Assembly (NCBI GenBank): GCA_030390025.1
Contig: CM059431.1
Coordinates: 102,612,001-102,676,000 of the forward strand
Source of the DNA: Squalus acanthias
Lineage: Eukaryota
Reading direction: 5' to 3'
Length of the DNA: 64,000 bases
Shown here: positions 51,020-64,000 of the stretch, piece after piece
How the letters are laid out: each line of letters opens with the position of its first letter
Position numbering within the stretch: the stretch's first letter is position 1
The notes under the pieces: generated by a model
The model's database searches: none
What the model was told of the DNA's origin: nothing
What the model saw: the letters and a program-made list of their open reading frames with translations, nothing else
Made by a program: the position numbers and the translations under genes

Positions 51020-51465
51020 TGACACCGGAGCTAAAAGCGATAAATTATGAGGACAGGTTGCACAGACTAGACTTGTATTCCCTTGAGTATAGAAGATAAA
51101 GGGGTGAGCTAATTGAGGTGTTCAAGATGATTTAAGGAGTGGATAGGGTCGATAGAGAGAAACTATTTCGTCTGGTGGGGAGTCCTAAACAAACCTTAAA
51201 ATTAGAGCTAGGCCGTTCAGGGTTGATGTCAGAAAACACTTCTTCACACAGAGGGTAGTGGGAATCTGGAACTCTCTCCTCCCAAAAGCTGTGGGCGCTG
51301 GGGATCAACTGAATTTAAAAACAGAGATTGATAAGATTGTTAGGTAAGGGTATTAAGGTATATGGAACTGAGGCGAGTAAATGGAGTTGAGATATAAATC
51401 AGCCACGATCCAACTGAATGGTGGAAATCACTTGAGGGGCTGAATGGCCTCCTCCAGTTCCTATA
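51020..51465 (+). mobile_element. Degenerate CR1 3' fragment
   Basis: cttcttcacacagagggtagtgggaatctggaactc and tail. Confidence 0.75.
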
Positions 51466-54129
51466 TTTGTTACTCTAATTTGCCTGTACTGCATTAAAGT
51501 GTCGAGCTATATTTTCTGATCAATGCTGTTCCTGTATGAATGCTTAATGACCTCCGTACCAAAGCACTTCATTGCACTTTTTTTGTTAAACCTGGGGGTT
51601 AACCTGTTCAGTTATTTATTGCATGTGTACTTCCAGCCTGGCGGAAGAACCCACATACAGGACAGTTTGCGACATCCCAACCACCCTCGTGTTCGAGAAG
51701 TCCAAAGCTGCATTTCAGAATTATTCATTATTATTAACTGCTTAATTCAGGTCATGGTGGAAGCCAAGAGCTCTGGCCACCTTAAGGCTGACCCATTTCT
51801 TTCTTTGCCACAAGTTCACAGTCGGTTCTGATCTTGCACGTGGGGCCAAAGGCAGCTCTGCCAATGCCTACCTCGCAGGTTTCCACAGTGAGGGTGACAT
51901 GTTTGAGCGCACATCCTGCACACCGCAAGCTTAACCTTTGTTGCCACTGCAGAGAAAGGTCAGTCTAATCGGTCCTTTGCCCTTGGATCAGCATGGTCCC
52001 AAAGAACAGTATCTGCACTAAAGTCGGGACGCAAGTGAACCCCTAGCTATGGATATGAATTAATTATGGGCAAGATGCTGCTTATATCTTCCAATCAATA
52101 GCTTTAAGACTGTCTCACGCTCTGCAGAACCATAATACTGTATTTTAGGACACCTACCGCTGGAGCTCACTGTTTAAGATGGCAAATCAAACAACTAATT
52201 CTTCAAGTGAGTGTCAATATTAGATCACTGACAGATAGGATACGTCCGTGCTTTCAGAAATGCCTGGAGCAGATAATCCGAGACTTGCTTATGCTGCCGA
52301 CCAACACCTATTAACAAAGACACTGAATAGAATGGGCGACAGTGATCCCTTTGACCTTCCCAAAGCCAGAGCGCACACTCCAGAAAAAAAAATCCAAGAT
52401 TTGGCCACGCACTCTCTCTCAATTCCAGCTTCTTCCCAAGTGCCGTATTAGGTACCACATTGAATGCCCTATGAAAGCTGATGCAAGCAATGTGGTATCC
52501 TACAATCTTGGATGACCTGACCTACACAGTTCCTGGTCTGCACACTCCTCACAAGAACGAGATCCAGCCCATCTCTCGTTACACTATGGGTTTCCAATGC
52601 AGTTGATACATGTGGCATGAAAACCTGAAGAATCACTTTAAAAACCATTGATACCTTGTGAAATTGCTCAGTAGTTCTCGATTTCATTAGGAGCGCCCTA
52701 CCTGCAAATACAAGTTGTGCTCTGGAATACCATGTATGTGCATACGAGCAAGATCCTATTCCTAAACCCAGGCAGGGCATTTCAGAGATAAGTCAGAGAT
52801 GCTTGGAATGGATCTCCAAGCAGCTTTTAAGAAGTTAGCATGACCATTGTCCAAGCCACTGCCTTAGCCAGCTAGTAGATTCTACTTCCTCCAAGTGAAC
52901 TGGTTCATTAAATCCTTCCTTCTGCAGAACATTGTGCTAACTTCTATTCCAGATGGATCTCCCTACTGTAACCTGTTGGGTTGGACAGCAGCTCAGTATA
53001 ATAGAAAGAATTTGCATGTATGTAATGCTGTTCATGTCCTCAGGATATCCCATTGCATTTCACAGCCAATGAAGTACTTTTTAAGTGTAGTTACTGTTGT
53101 TAAATAGGCAAACATGGCAGCCAGTTTGCACACAGCAAGGTAGCAAAAACAATAAGATCAATGATCAGATCATTTGTTTTTCTTAGTGGTGTTGATGTAG
53201 GCTTGTTGAAGAGACAGATTTTGTCTGTCATTGGCACTAGCCTGGAGAAACCCCTTCTACCACAACTGATGAGATGACAAAGAAAAAACGATTTAGGATC
53301 ATTTTCATATACTTTGTAAGCCCTTACAGAGGAATGCACACCATTGTTTTTGCTTCATCACCGCCGAGAGACTACAGTCTTTCAACGTTAATAGTTTCAG
53401 ACCAGTGAAAATAGAAATGAGGCCTCGAAACAGACGGTCGAGCAAGGTGCATGTTTATTTCACAATCCTGATTTAATGCGGTTTTCATTTTTGTATTAAT
53501 GCAATTTCAGGCCAAGTACCATCAGTCAACCCGCTGCTCTTGTGTGCAAAACGTTCACTGTCTCAAGGCTCTTCAACATGCAGTAACATTTTTTTATATG
53601 GAGTGAAAGTAAATGACATACTAACGCACAAGCAACATTAAATATTTTCTTTTTATATAAATATCAATGTCAGGATAGTCACTGTACTTTACAGCATTTT
53701 TTACAACTGCACGTTTGTGTTAGTAGACGGTAGTGGTACTGAAGGGTGCAATATAATTTCTAAAATTAATTCTGCAGCACTAAATTCAGCTTTGAGCCGA
53801 CAAATTAAGTTTTCACAGCATAAATGTGCTTACTGTGAGTGTTAAGAGCTGATGAAATGTAGTTATCTGCAAACTATTAAAAAACATGCGATTGGAGGTT
53901 AAATAAATTATGCCAAAGGCATGTATACATGCAATTTCAACAGGTGAAAAGTACAGAGCTACAGAATGGGAGACATGGGATCGCACTGGATACACAACTG
54001 TCTTAAAAGCAAAAAAAAAAGGAAGGGAAATTCTCAGTATGAAAGGGGATTATGAGTAGGGTAACCAAGAGTCAATCATGCTATTTTTAATTAAAGGCTT
54101 GGATCAGATACAGAACGGAGAGGTTATAA

Positions 54130-54535
54130 CTATTATGAAAGACTGAACAGGCTGGGGAATCTTTAGAGAAGGCTGAGGGGAGACCCAATAGAGGTCTTTA
54201 AAATTATGAAGGTGTTTGATAGGGTAGACTCGTGGGGGAGTCCAAAACTAGAGGACACAAATACAAGATAATAAATCCAATAAGGAATTCAGGAGAAACT
54301 TCTTTACCCAGAGAGTGGTGAGAATGTGGAACTCGCTACCACAGGGAGTGTTTGAGGCGAATAGCACAGATGCATTTAAGGGGAATCTGGGTAAGTACGT
54401 GAGGGAGAAGGGAATAGAAGGATACGCTGATAGGGTGAGATGGAGGAGGGTGGGAGGAGGCTTGTATGGAGCATAAACACCGGCATGGACCAGTTTAGCC
54501 GAATGGCCTATTTCTGTGCTGTAAATTCTATGTAA
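54130..54535 (+). mobile_element. CR1 3' fragment
   Basis: aacttctttacccagagagtggtgagaatgtggaactc and tail. Confidence 0.8.
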
Positions 54536-55364
54536 GTAATCAACATTTCCAGATGATAAAGAAAAAGGCAGGACATTTGAGTAGGAACAATGCTACCAGA
54601 ATCGGAAGAACTTAAACCTTTTAGATAACTGGCCCAAAGGAGAAAGGCGCAGTTTAACTGTGGATACGTGTAAAATGATTAGTGGGCGAGCAAGGCATGC
54701 TGACAAGGGAGATCTGTCAAACCACAAAAAGACTATGGGGGGGATTTGAACAGTGGGCGGGAAGGAGGTGGGATGCTTGCCTGGAGCTCCAGTGGGAGAT
54801 CTGGTCCATTTTAAAGGCTGGGCCTCATTAACATCCTGCTGACCAGAGGACATCAGAGGGCTCGCTCTGTTTCCAGTGAGCAAAGTTAAAGCACAAGGAT
54901 GTTCTGTTCGACCTTCAGCAACTGCCTGCAGGTTATTCACTGGTGACTTGAGTACCTTTAAGTTTATATCTCTTATTTGCTGTACAAAAACTTCTATTTA
55001 CAGAAACAATTCATATCAGAATTACTATATTTTTATTACTGTACATGGCCTCCACAAACTTATGTAAATTTAAGCATTTCTATTATTTTAATCTACCTTT
55101 AAATGGACAAAATATATATTTTACTGTTAATTGCATTAAAGGAACATGTCATAATATATCGGAAGGAATACTGTCTACTTATTCCTGTTCATGGGCTCCA
55201 TTAACTAGTCGCATTTCTGATTTAAACACTCAGTCCTGCTCACCCCTCTGTACCACCAACTTCACTTTGCCCCTCCCGGCCTGCTCTGCTCCCAGACCAT
55301 CCTCCTAACTCCTCCAATAAATAGAGCCATCTCTAAACCACAAAGCGCTAGCTTCAAAATAAAT

Positions 55365-56318
55365 TACAACAACTTGCATGTATATAGCGCCTTACAGTAG
55401 TAAAATGTCCCAAGGTGCTTCACAGGAGCGTTATCAGACAAAATTTGACACTGAGCCACTTATGATGATATTCGGACAGGTGACCAAAAGCTTGGGCAAA
55501 GAGGTAGGTTAGGTAATCTTTCTTAACCCGCTAACTATTACATCAATGAATTGTTCCATCTTTGCACCAAATTAATTTGCCCAATTTAATGAATTCATCG
55601 ACACCTATTCCTCTCATTCTCAATATCAAATCTAAGGTCTCTAAATATTAAATTAAAATTAATAATTTAATTGCCACCATGAGCCGACCGATCATTAAAT
55701 AATTCTCTTCTCGTTATATATTAATTTATTTAACCTTCCATGTTCAATTCATTGTCATGCTCCATTGTTTCCCTCGCTTTCTCAAATCTGCAAATATAAA
55801 ATTTAATTATTTCCAACATATAAACAAACCACTGGGAGTTGGGTGTCATTATAACAGCAATTTCCATCATAAATGTGGACATGCGAATTTATACTGGAAA
55901 TATAAAAATAAGGACAGAATGAAAGAAATGGCGACTGAGTTACGTCTGCGTGTCCTGGTCTAATTATCTCCTTCTCTCTAATCCCGTTTCATCTGAAGAC
56001 TACCTTTGATCTTGACTCCCTGTAGCCCAGATGTTGACAACCCTCAGACAACTCTGTGCTCCTCCAATTCTGGCTTCTTGTGCATCCCCGATTTTAATCA
56101 CTCCACCATTGGCAGCCGTGCCTTCAGCTGCTTCAGTCCCAAGCTCTGGAATTCCCTCCCTAAACCTCTCTGCCTCTCTCCCCCCTCCTATTGCTCACCT
56201 GTCCCAATATCTCCTTATGTGGCTCAGTGTCAAATGTTACCTGATAACGCTCCTGTGAAGCGCCTTGGGACGTTTTACTATGTTAAAAGTGCTATGTAAA
56301 TGCAAGTTGTTGTTGTTA
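55365..56318. mobile_element. Two L2 3' fragments in opposite orientations (55365-55510 -, 56035-56318 +)
   Basis: L2 tail and GSRAFSCFSPKLWNSLP. Confidence 0.78.
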
Positions 56319-59300
56319 TACCATAAGTGTGTTATGTACTAAGGATCCTGTCCTTTCAAAAGACCATGTCAAAATTTCACGTGAGCGCTCTCAATCACAC
56401 TCCTGTTCCTGAATGTCTTCAGGTGTTAAGCCCAAAGGCGGCATCTCAGCATAAAGGTTATTGATAAGATGGCGAGGTTCAATCCCCTATGGGAAATACA
56501 GGTATTTGTAGCTGCAGTTCGTTTATTTAAATTTCTCCATCCCCCCCACCCAAGATTGTTTTGCATCTTTAATAAAGTGTGATGCATTTGAAAGCATGGA
56601 ACAGTAGGCCATATAGCCCATCAAAGCTGCTCCATGCACAGATCTGCCCCAGAGATTCTGTTTCACCCACTTATTCAAAGAAATTTCTATGCAAATATCC
56701 CCTGATCTCCAAAGGTAATTAGGTAAAATTGCAGAATATTCGCCCAGGCTCACATTTCTATTACTGAACCCTTGCCTGCTTCCTTCTACAGACACTCACT
56801 CTCGCCCTTTCACACTCCTAATCCTCCTCCAGCACAGCAACCAACATGCCCCGCGGAATATCGGATTCCTTATAACCTTCAATTTCATCACCAGCCAGAC
56901 ACTTGTACAGTTCCTTTTTAAGCCATTAATTGACACAGCATCTGATTTTGCTGAGCGTCTTTGAAGGAAACGTAGTACCATCTAATCCTCGTAATTCAAA
57001 GTTGCTTAATTTAAGTTGCATGATAATGTAAATAGTGCTGAAATAAATTGTTTAAATTAAATTCAAATTATCAGATAATTCAATTTTTTTTGGTGCAAAA
57101 AGCGACGGCCCATTTATTTAAGTTCGAGGAAGTACAACTTCTTATAATACGGAAATTGCTTTTAGTCCCTTCTGTGAATCTGTAACATTACATTCTCAGC
57201 ATGGTTGTAAAACCAACCTTAATAAAGTTCATTGCATGACAATACGCCAAAGTAATCACACACATACTCTACTTTTAATTGCCAATTAAAACAAATCTTT
57301 GCATTTACTTGGGGTTTCTAACTTATTACCAATAGTTGTCCCGCACACTATTCCATGTTTGGATCAGCGACCTCATTTTCAACTAAAAGCATCGGCACAA
57401 TAGATTAGAAACCATTGTTAAATTACTTTACTATCGTATGCCAGTTACTGCATTATAACAAAGGATAGCAAGTAAAGCTCCTTACTTATTGACGGTGGGG
57501 GGAGTGGAAGAGAGGGCGAGAAACTCTATTCTACAGAGAAGGTAGCTAAGCTTCCTCCAATTATTCGGTGAATAAAATGTACCAACTGGCGTGGTGCTCG
57601 GCCATGGTAACAAGGGTGGCTCGCTGAGCAATGCACCTCAATGGACTTCACTTGCCGAGCAGTAACACAGGGAGAAGGCCCATTCCCTATGACCTGGAGC
57701 CACCACGTATTATTCTGACAAACTGCACATCACCTGGAACAGAAAGTTCAAGACTTTCTCTAACTCCAGCTCTCCTACTGCACTGAAGCTGGTGGAGGAG
57801 AGTTAATGTTGTGCATTTTATTGTTGGCGTGCTACTACTCATCAGTGCCAGCCGTGTGATCTATGCTGCCAACGCGGTTAGCTAATACTGCAGCTTGATG
57901 CCCCATTATCTGCAATGTAAAATTTTGATGCACATTACAAAGAAGGGATAGGAACTTCTTCAAATCGGTAAAATGACGAGTAAATTGAAGAAACTGCAAG
58001 ACTGTATGGTGTAAGAATTACTCTGTACTCTGATTTCTCAATTCTTATGAGCCTTGAATTACCTTCAGTAGAAATTTGGGGAGCGGATACATGACCACCT
58101 CTTACTAGAAAAGAAACAGCCATTCTGCACTAAGAATCATGAGAGTCACATCATAATATCACAAAAGTAAGAAAAATGAAATTAGTGCTGTTAAAACTGG
58201 AATACTCGAAGCAGAATTCACAAAAAGCAGAATTACTAATAGTTTGTTAGTTAGATTAGAGAAAATATCAGGTAGATTAAAAGGGGAAAAAATAGTTGCT
58301 GCCGCCAAAGTTTTACCATAGATCCGAAAGTTTTCTTTAATATGGCAAAATGTTTTCCAAAAGGCATGAAAGAATAAAATAACTCCAATACGGCTGATTA
58401 ATAGGTTACCTCAGACTAGCTTGGCCAAATTATATTGACAACATGGGCAAAAAATAATGTACATTTCCCTTTTTACTAATATGCAAGTACATAAAAATAT
58501 AACTCTTCAAATGTAAAATAGAAATACACATTTTTGTTTTATTGAACTCCAAACGTTTCTAACAATGTATAAAGAAAAATTAACTGTTAAACAATCGTCA
58601 CTGATTTTCTTTGTATGCCAGACGCTTCATAAATATTAGATTTCTCCGAGTAACCTAAAAGTTCTGTCTCTCTGGTACTCTGAAACCACTCCAGCGTTGT
58701 GCAAAACTGTATTATTCAATAATCATTTAAAATAACAGCAAACAAAATATTAATGCTCACAATCAGAACGCAAATATATACAGTAGCTGCCTAAAGCTTT
58801 AAGTTCATGCAGGCAGTTATTAGGGATGAGATGATGTGACAACAAGGATGCTACTTAAGATCACCTCTTGACTAGTTTCATTTTACAGCCAGTGAAAGGA
58901 TGCTCCAACTCTTAATATAATTATAGAACAGAACATTATGAACATGGTAAGCACAATAGCAGCAGCTCTCTCCCTTGCTAGCTGGAATGTTTAACAATGC
59001 AAAACACATGTCTAGCCAGAATCACTATAGCATACCTTTCCCATGTTTCAGAAAGCAGCAGTTTAGGCAAGAACAGTGGCCCGAATTGAAGTCACGACAG
59101 ATGAGCAAAGCTTCCACTCACTTGGATAAAGGATAGGGTATTAGCAGGTTGAACAGAAAGTTAGTTGAAAGAAGACATACCACAGGGGAAGAGGTATAAC
59201 AAGCAAACAAACAGTGCTAGGTTTAGTTTTGCATTGCAATGACAGAAATAGGCAGTCTTAACACAAAACTAAGGAGACACTAAAGATGTAGATAAGATTT

Positions 59301-60117
59301 TCATAGCTTTCAACTTAATCTGTATAAACCTTGTATGATTACAATAGGTTGACTTTCTTAAGATGGTCGAAGCACCATTAATCTTCTGGATTCCAGATCG
59401 AACACTTACAAAAGTAAATTTAAATTATGCATATCTGTGAAAATGTTCTGCATCAGATACCCAAACTAACAACTTAGTCAGGAACTTTTTGCAATCCATT
59501 GTCAATGAGATGCATTTGACAAATGCAAATGCTAATTTTCTTGTTTTATTTTTTAAAATGAAGATTGAGTATTAAATAGTATATCTAGGTAAGCACAATG
59601 GGGGAGGAGGGGGGAAAGGAAAATAACTATTTGTGATGATGCACTTCTTCTAGTAATAACTGTTGCGATGCTTGACAGATACCCTGCGCAAATTTAAATG
59701 CTGGTGTCTTTAGTGAAACAAGAACAAGACATGCAAACTCTATGCAGCTGCATAAGCAATATAAAAGCTTTGACAAAAGCAGTGGAACATCATGGTCATA
59801 ATGACTAAACACACTGATGTGCATGAACTGCTGAGCAAGCGCATCTCTAGGTTTTTGAAACTGAGGTTATCGTGCCAATTCTTGAGAAAGTGCCCAATTT
59901 TAAAGTTCATTTTTTAAAAAAATCTTAAAGCAGCTGAAAGATATTCAAAAGTATTAAGATATGTGCATTATTTTAGCATTTTTCATCTGAGTCTCACAAC
60001 TGAAGGTTATAAAATCAGTTCCACAAACACGGTGATGGCAGTGTGATGCAAACTTGCAGCTATTTTTTCAGCAGTCTGATAAAACCAGGAAACACTCAAC
60101 AAAGAGTCTAATAGTCA

Positions 60118-61417
60118 CAAAAGATTATTGCTTAAGGTAAAAAATCACGGGATTGGGGGTAATATTCTGGCATGGATAGAGGATTGGCTATCTAACAGAA
60201 AGCAAAGAGTTGGGATAAATGGTTCATTCTCAGACTGGCAATCAGTAACTAGTGGTGTTCCACAGGGGTCAGTGCTGGGTCCCCAACTCTTCACAATCTA
60301 TATTAACGATTTGGAGGAGGGGACCAAGTGTAACATATCAAAATTTGCAGATGATACAAAGATGGGAGGGAAAGTAGTGAGTGAGGAGGACATAAAAAAC
60401 CTGCAAGGGGACATAGACAGGCTAAGTAAGTGGGCAGAGATTTGGCAGATGGAATACAACACTGGAAAGTGTGAGGTGATGCACTTTGGCAGGAAAAATC
60501 CTAGAGCAATTTATTATCTTAATGGCAAGAAACTGGAGAGTACTGAAGTGCAAAGGGATCTGGGGGTCCTGGTGCACGAAACTCAAAAGGTTAGTATGCA
60601 GGTGCAGCAAGTGATTAAGAAGGCAAATGGAATGTTGGCTTTCATTGCTAGGGGGATAGAATATAAAAATAGGGAGGTATTGCTTCAGTTGTACAAGGTA
60701 TTGGTGAGACCGCACCTGGAATACTGCATACAGTTTTGGTGTCCTTACTTAAGGAAAGACATCCTTGCTCTCGAGGCAGTGCAAAAAAGGTTCACTCGGT
60801 TAATCCCGGGGATGAGGGGGTGGTCATATGAGGAGAGGTTGGGTAGATTGGGACTCTACTCATTGGAGTTCAGAAGAATGAGAGGCGATCTTATTGAAAC
60901 ATATAAGATTGTGAAGGGGTTGGATCGGGTGGATGCGGGGAGGATGTTCCCGATGACGGGTGAGACGAGAACTAGGGGACATAGTCTTAGAATAAGGGGC
61001 TGCTCTTTCAAAACTGAGATGAGGAGGAACTACTTCACTCAGAGGGTGGTAGGTCCATGGAATATGCTGCCACAAAAAGCTGTAGAAGCTACAACATTAA
61101 TTAAATTTAAAACAGAAATAGACAGTTTCCTAGAAGTAAAGGGCATTAAGGGTTACGGGGAGCGGGCAGGAATTTGGACATGAGTCTAGGTTCGGATCGG
61201 TCATGGCCCTGTGGGTAGTGGAGCGGGCCCAGGGACTGTGTAGCCTGATTCTGCTCCTATTTCGTGTGTGTAATTCTGTTAGATGCAGGAGATGGTTCTG
61301 TGATAGATAGTAGATTGGCGGTTAGGATCAGATCAGCCATGATCTTATTGAATGGCGGAGCAGGCTCGAGGGGCCGATTGGCCTACTCCTGCTCCTATTT
61401 CTTATGTTCTTATGTTC
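60118..61417 (+). mobile_element. Young 5'-truncated CR1 with uninterrupted 351-codon RT C-terminal ORF (60128-61183)
   Basis: GVPQGSVLGP, KFADDTK, RPHLEYC, RRMRGDLIE with no stops. Apparent TSD tagtca (60112-60117, 61418-61423). (ttcttatg)n tail. Confidence 0.92.
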
Positions 61418-62085
61418 TAGTCAAACACACAACATTTCAGCTTCATTAGATCAGATATTTATTCTGGGCTGATTTGACGAGATGCATTTTTTTCCTACCA
61501 CTGGCAGAAATGTACACTGATTATACTATAACATCATTTCTAAGTTACAGGTTGCTTAATTAAAATAACCATTCTCTCTCTCCCCCCCGCCCACCTTTTG
61601 GAAACTTGCTTTGAAATATCTTTCCACTTCCATCGCTGGACATTAATACAAGAGTAACTTCAAAATAAAAAAAATTCCAGCAATAAGGGATACGATCCAT
61701 TAGTAAGTGGCCCACAGAAGTGCTTTATTGAAGAAAACACAATGTGGCAGAGAAATAAATGTGGAAGTACAGGGACCCCCCTCAAGCTGGAGCTACTTAT
61801 GCTGCAACTGTTTAGTACCCGCTTTGCTGTTATACACCCAAAGTTCTCCTTTATATACTTTCTGCTTTCAGATGCAGAGATAAAGCTATATTGCATTTTA
61901 TTATGAATGTCTATTGAAACCTGCAGCGGAGTTTAAAGCAAACACAATTAAAAAAAAACATGTTTATTGATAACCAATTGCACATGATAAACAAAGGTTT
62001 ATGGAGCATACAGACATTTGAGAAATGTTCTGTACCACCATGCTGCTCAACATGGTCTGTGTTGTATGAGAACAGATTGCTCATT

Positions 62086-62492
62086 GGCCCGGATTTTGCG
62101 GTCGGACGACGGCGAACTGGCAGCGTTTGCCGTCATTCCTCCTTTGAAACTGACCGCAACTTTATTTCAGGTTTGCCTTTTCCCCATGCGAGAGCCCGAA
62201 CCTTCGTTTTGCTCTCAACATTTTTTTTTAAAAAGTTAGAATCAAAAGGAGCTCACTCACACTTCCTTGTTCGCTGTCTGTGCGAATTCTGCGTTTTGAC
62301 TGGCTGCTTAGACAGCTTGTTGACGTCACAGCAGCTCGCACAAGGGAATCCCCACTGCAGTCCGTTGAATTGAATTGAATGTCGGAAAACCACCAAGTTC
62401 GAGACACAGGGATCGCGAGATCCTTGTGCGAAGCGTTATTCAAGGTCAGCGGCGAATGCCTTTGCTTCGCCGCTGACCGCAGATTCCGGGCC
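62086..62492. mobile_element. MITE with 18-bp TIRs
   Basis: ggcccggattttgcggtc ... gaccgcagattccgggcc, flanked by att / aat. Confidence 0.72.
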
Positions 62493-62904
62493 AATGTGTT
62501 CCACGGATGGAATGCAACTCCCCCCCACCCCAACCAATGTGGGATTCTGAAAATGTTACTGGAATGGGATAATGTTAAAAGAAATAAGTGTGTTTAACAT
62601 TCATGACATTGGCAACATGATGTTCGATCATCACTGTTATGCCACAAATATAGGGCACTTTGCAAGATTTTTGAAATGTCTTTTAATGCCATGCTTGTAT
62701 ATTTAGGGGAGAAAAGACCCACCTGACATAATCCAAATATTTCCACTCAGTAAAGACAGAAGTTTTATAACGGATATTACAATTTTTGAAATTAAAGAAA
62801 TATATATAATTTCCTAGTAACTCCACTGGAGGTTAAATTCTGGTAATCCGCAATTACGTCACAAACTGAAACTTTCAGTGAGGATGCCATCATGTTATCA
62901 ACTG

Positions 62905-63945
62905 AATGGAATAGCCTGGCAGTGGATGTTGACCATTATGCTCAGACGATTTGGACTCGGGAATCGGAAGCACAATTTCAAAATTTGCAGAAGACATCAA
63001 ATTGGGGGGGGGGTTTAGTAAATATGGAGGAAGACTGCGACTGAGTATGTAATTGGCAAATGAATTTCAATAGAGATAAGTGTGAGGTGGTGCATTTTGG
63101 TAGGAAGAATAAGGAGGCCACATACTCCTTGGAAAATAAGAGCCTAAATGGGGTACAGGAGCAGGTGGATCTAGGTTACAGATACACAAATCACTAAAAG
63201 TAGCGATACAGGTTAATAAGGCCATTAAAAAAAGTAAACAAAGCACTGGGGTCCATTTCTAGGGGGATAGAACTGAAAAGCAGAGAAGTTACGTTAAACT
63301 TGTATAGAACCTTGTTTAGACCACACTTGGAGTACTGTGCAGAGTTCTGATCTCCATATTATAAAACGGATATAGAGGCACTGGAGAAGGTGCAAATACG
63401 ATTTACAAGGATGACACCAGAACTAAGAGGTAAACCTATGAGGAAAGATTGAACAGGCTGGGGCTCTTTTCTCTAGAAAAGAGAAGGCGGAGGAGTGACC
63501 TGATAAGAGATCTTTACGATTATGAAAGGGTTTGATAGGGTAGACTCGAGGGGCCGTATGGCCTACTTCTGCTCCTAATTCTTATGTTCTTTGACGTAGA
63601 GAAGATGGGTAGACGTAGAGAAGGTGTTTGCACTTGTGGGGAGACCAAAACTAGGGGCCATAAATATAAGATAGTCACTAATAAATCCAATAGGGAATTC
63701 AAGAGAAACTTCTTTACCCAGAGAGTGGTGAGAATGTGGAACTCGCTACCACAGGGAGTGGTTGAGGTGAATAGCATAGATGGATTTAAAGGGAAGCTAG
63801 ATAAACACACGAGGGAGAAAGGAATAGAAGGATATGTTGATAGGGTGAGATGAAGTAGAGTGGGAGGAGGCTCGTGTGCAACGTAAACACAGGCATGGAC
63901 CACTTGGGGCCAAATGGCCTGTTTCTGTGCTGTAAATACTATGTA
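62905..63945 (+). mobile_element. Degenerate CR1 RT 3' fragment with small nested CR1 tail
   Basis: KFAEDIK-like and RPHLEYC-like motifs, KTRGHKYKIVTNK. Confidence 0.85.
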
Positions 63946-64000
63946 ATTGTTGGAAAGAGAAAAACTTTCCACAGCTGTGCTTGATCTTTGTGGCAAACAT

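Larger units (their letters stand above)
49952..64000 (-). other. MBNL2: MBNL2 last intron (partial; upstream exons lie beyond the window)
   Basis: Upstream of the acceptor at 49952-49953. I did not find the expected 95-nt VPMMH...ANQ exon or any zinc-finger exon in the window. Confidence 0.7.

Noticed and set aside
60128..61183. Host or domesticated reverse transcriptase gene
   Set aside because: 5'-truncated, no ATG start, CR1 tail and TSD. It is a retrotransposon copy.

Overview
Eukaryotic (vertebrate) DNA, almost certainly from a cartilaginous fish. This is inferred from the dense CR1 and L2 LINEs, Deu-core (SacSINE1-like) and HE1-like V-SINEs, and Penelope elements. Two host genes lie on the minus strand in the same order as human MBNL2-RAP2A. 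(1) The 3' end of MBNL2: last intron from about 49952 to beyond the window end, a terminal exon at 49951 readable in two frames (IILK* or a 46-aa Cys-terminated tail), and a ~3.1 kb 3'UTR with AATAAA at 46817. (2) A complete RAP2A small GTPase gene: intronless CDS 29916-30467, CpG-island/CCAAT promoter at about 31100-31460, and a probable ~3.3 kb 3'UTR. Most other ORFs in the supplied track are retroelement debris or chance ORFs. Less obvious structure includes seven minimal hammerhead-ribozyme cores in Penelope repeats (two forming a 182-bp palindrome), tandem copies of the RAP2A CAAX/stop region, and a hairpin minisatellite plus uORFs in the RAP2A leader. There is also a template-switch inverted duplication, a hAT MITE in the MBNL2 3'UTR, E-box-rich hAT ends and a candidate unannotated MBNL2 exon. 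No prokaryotic features or CRISPR arrays were found. I found no clearly new multi-gene system. All homology statements are from memory, not searches, and TE boundaries are approximate unless a target-site duplication (TSD) is quoted.
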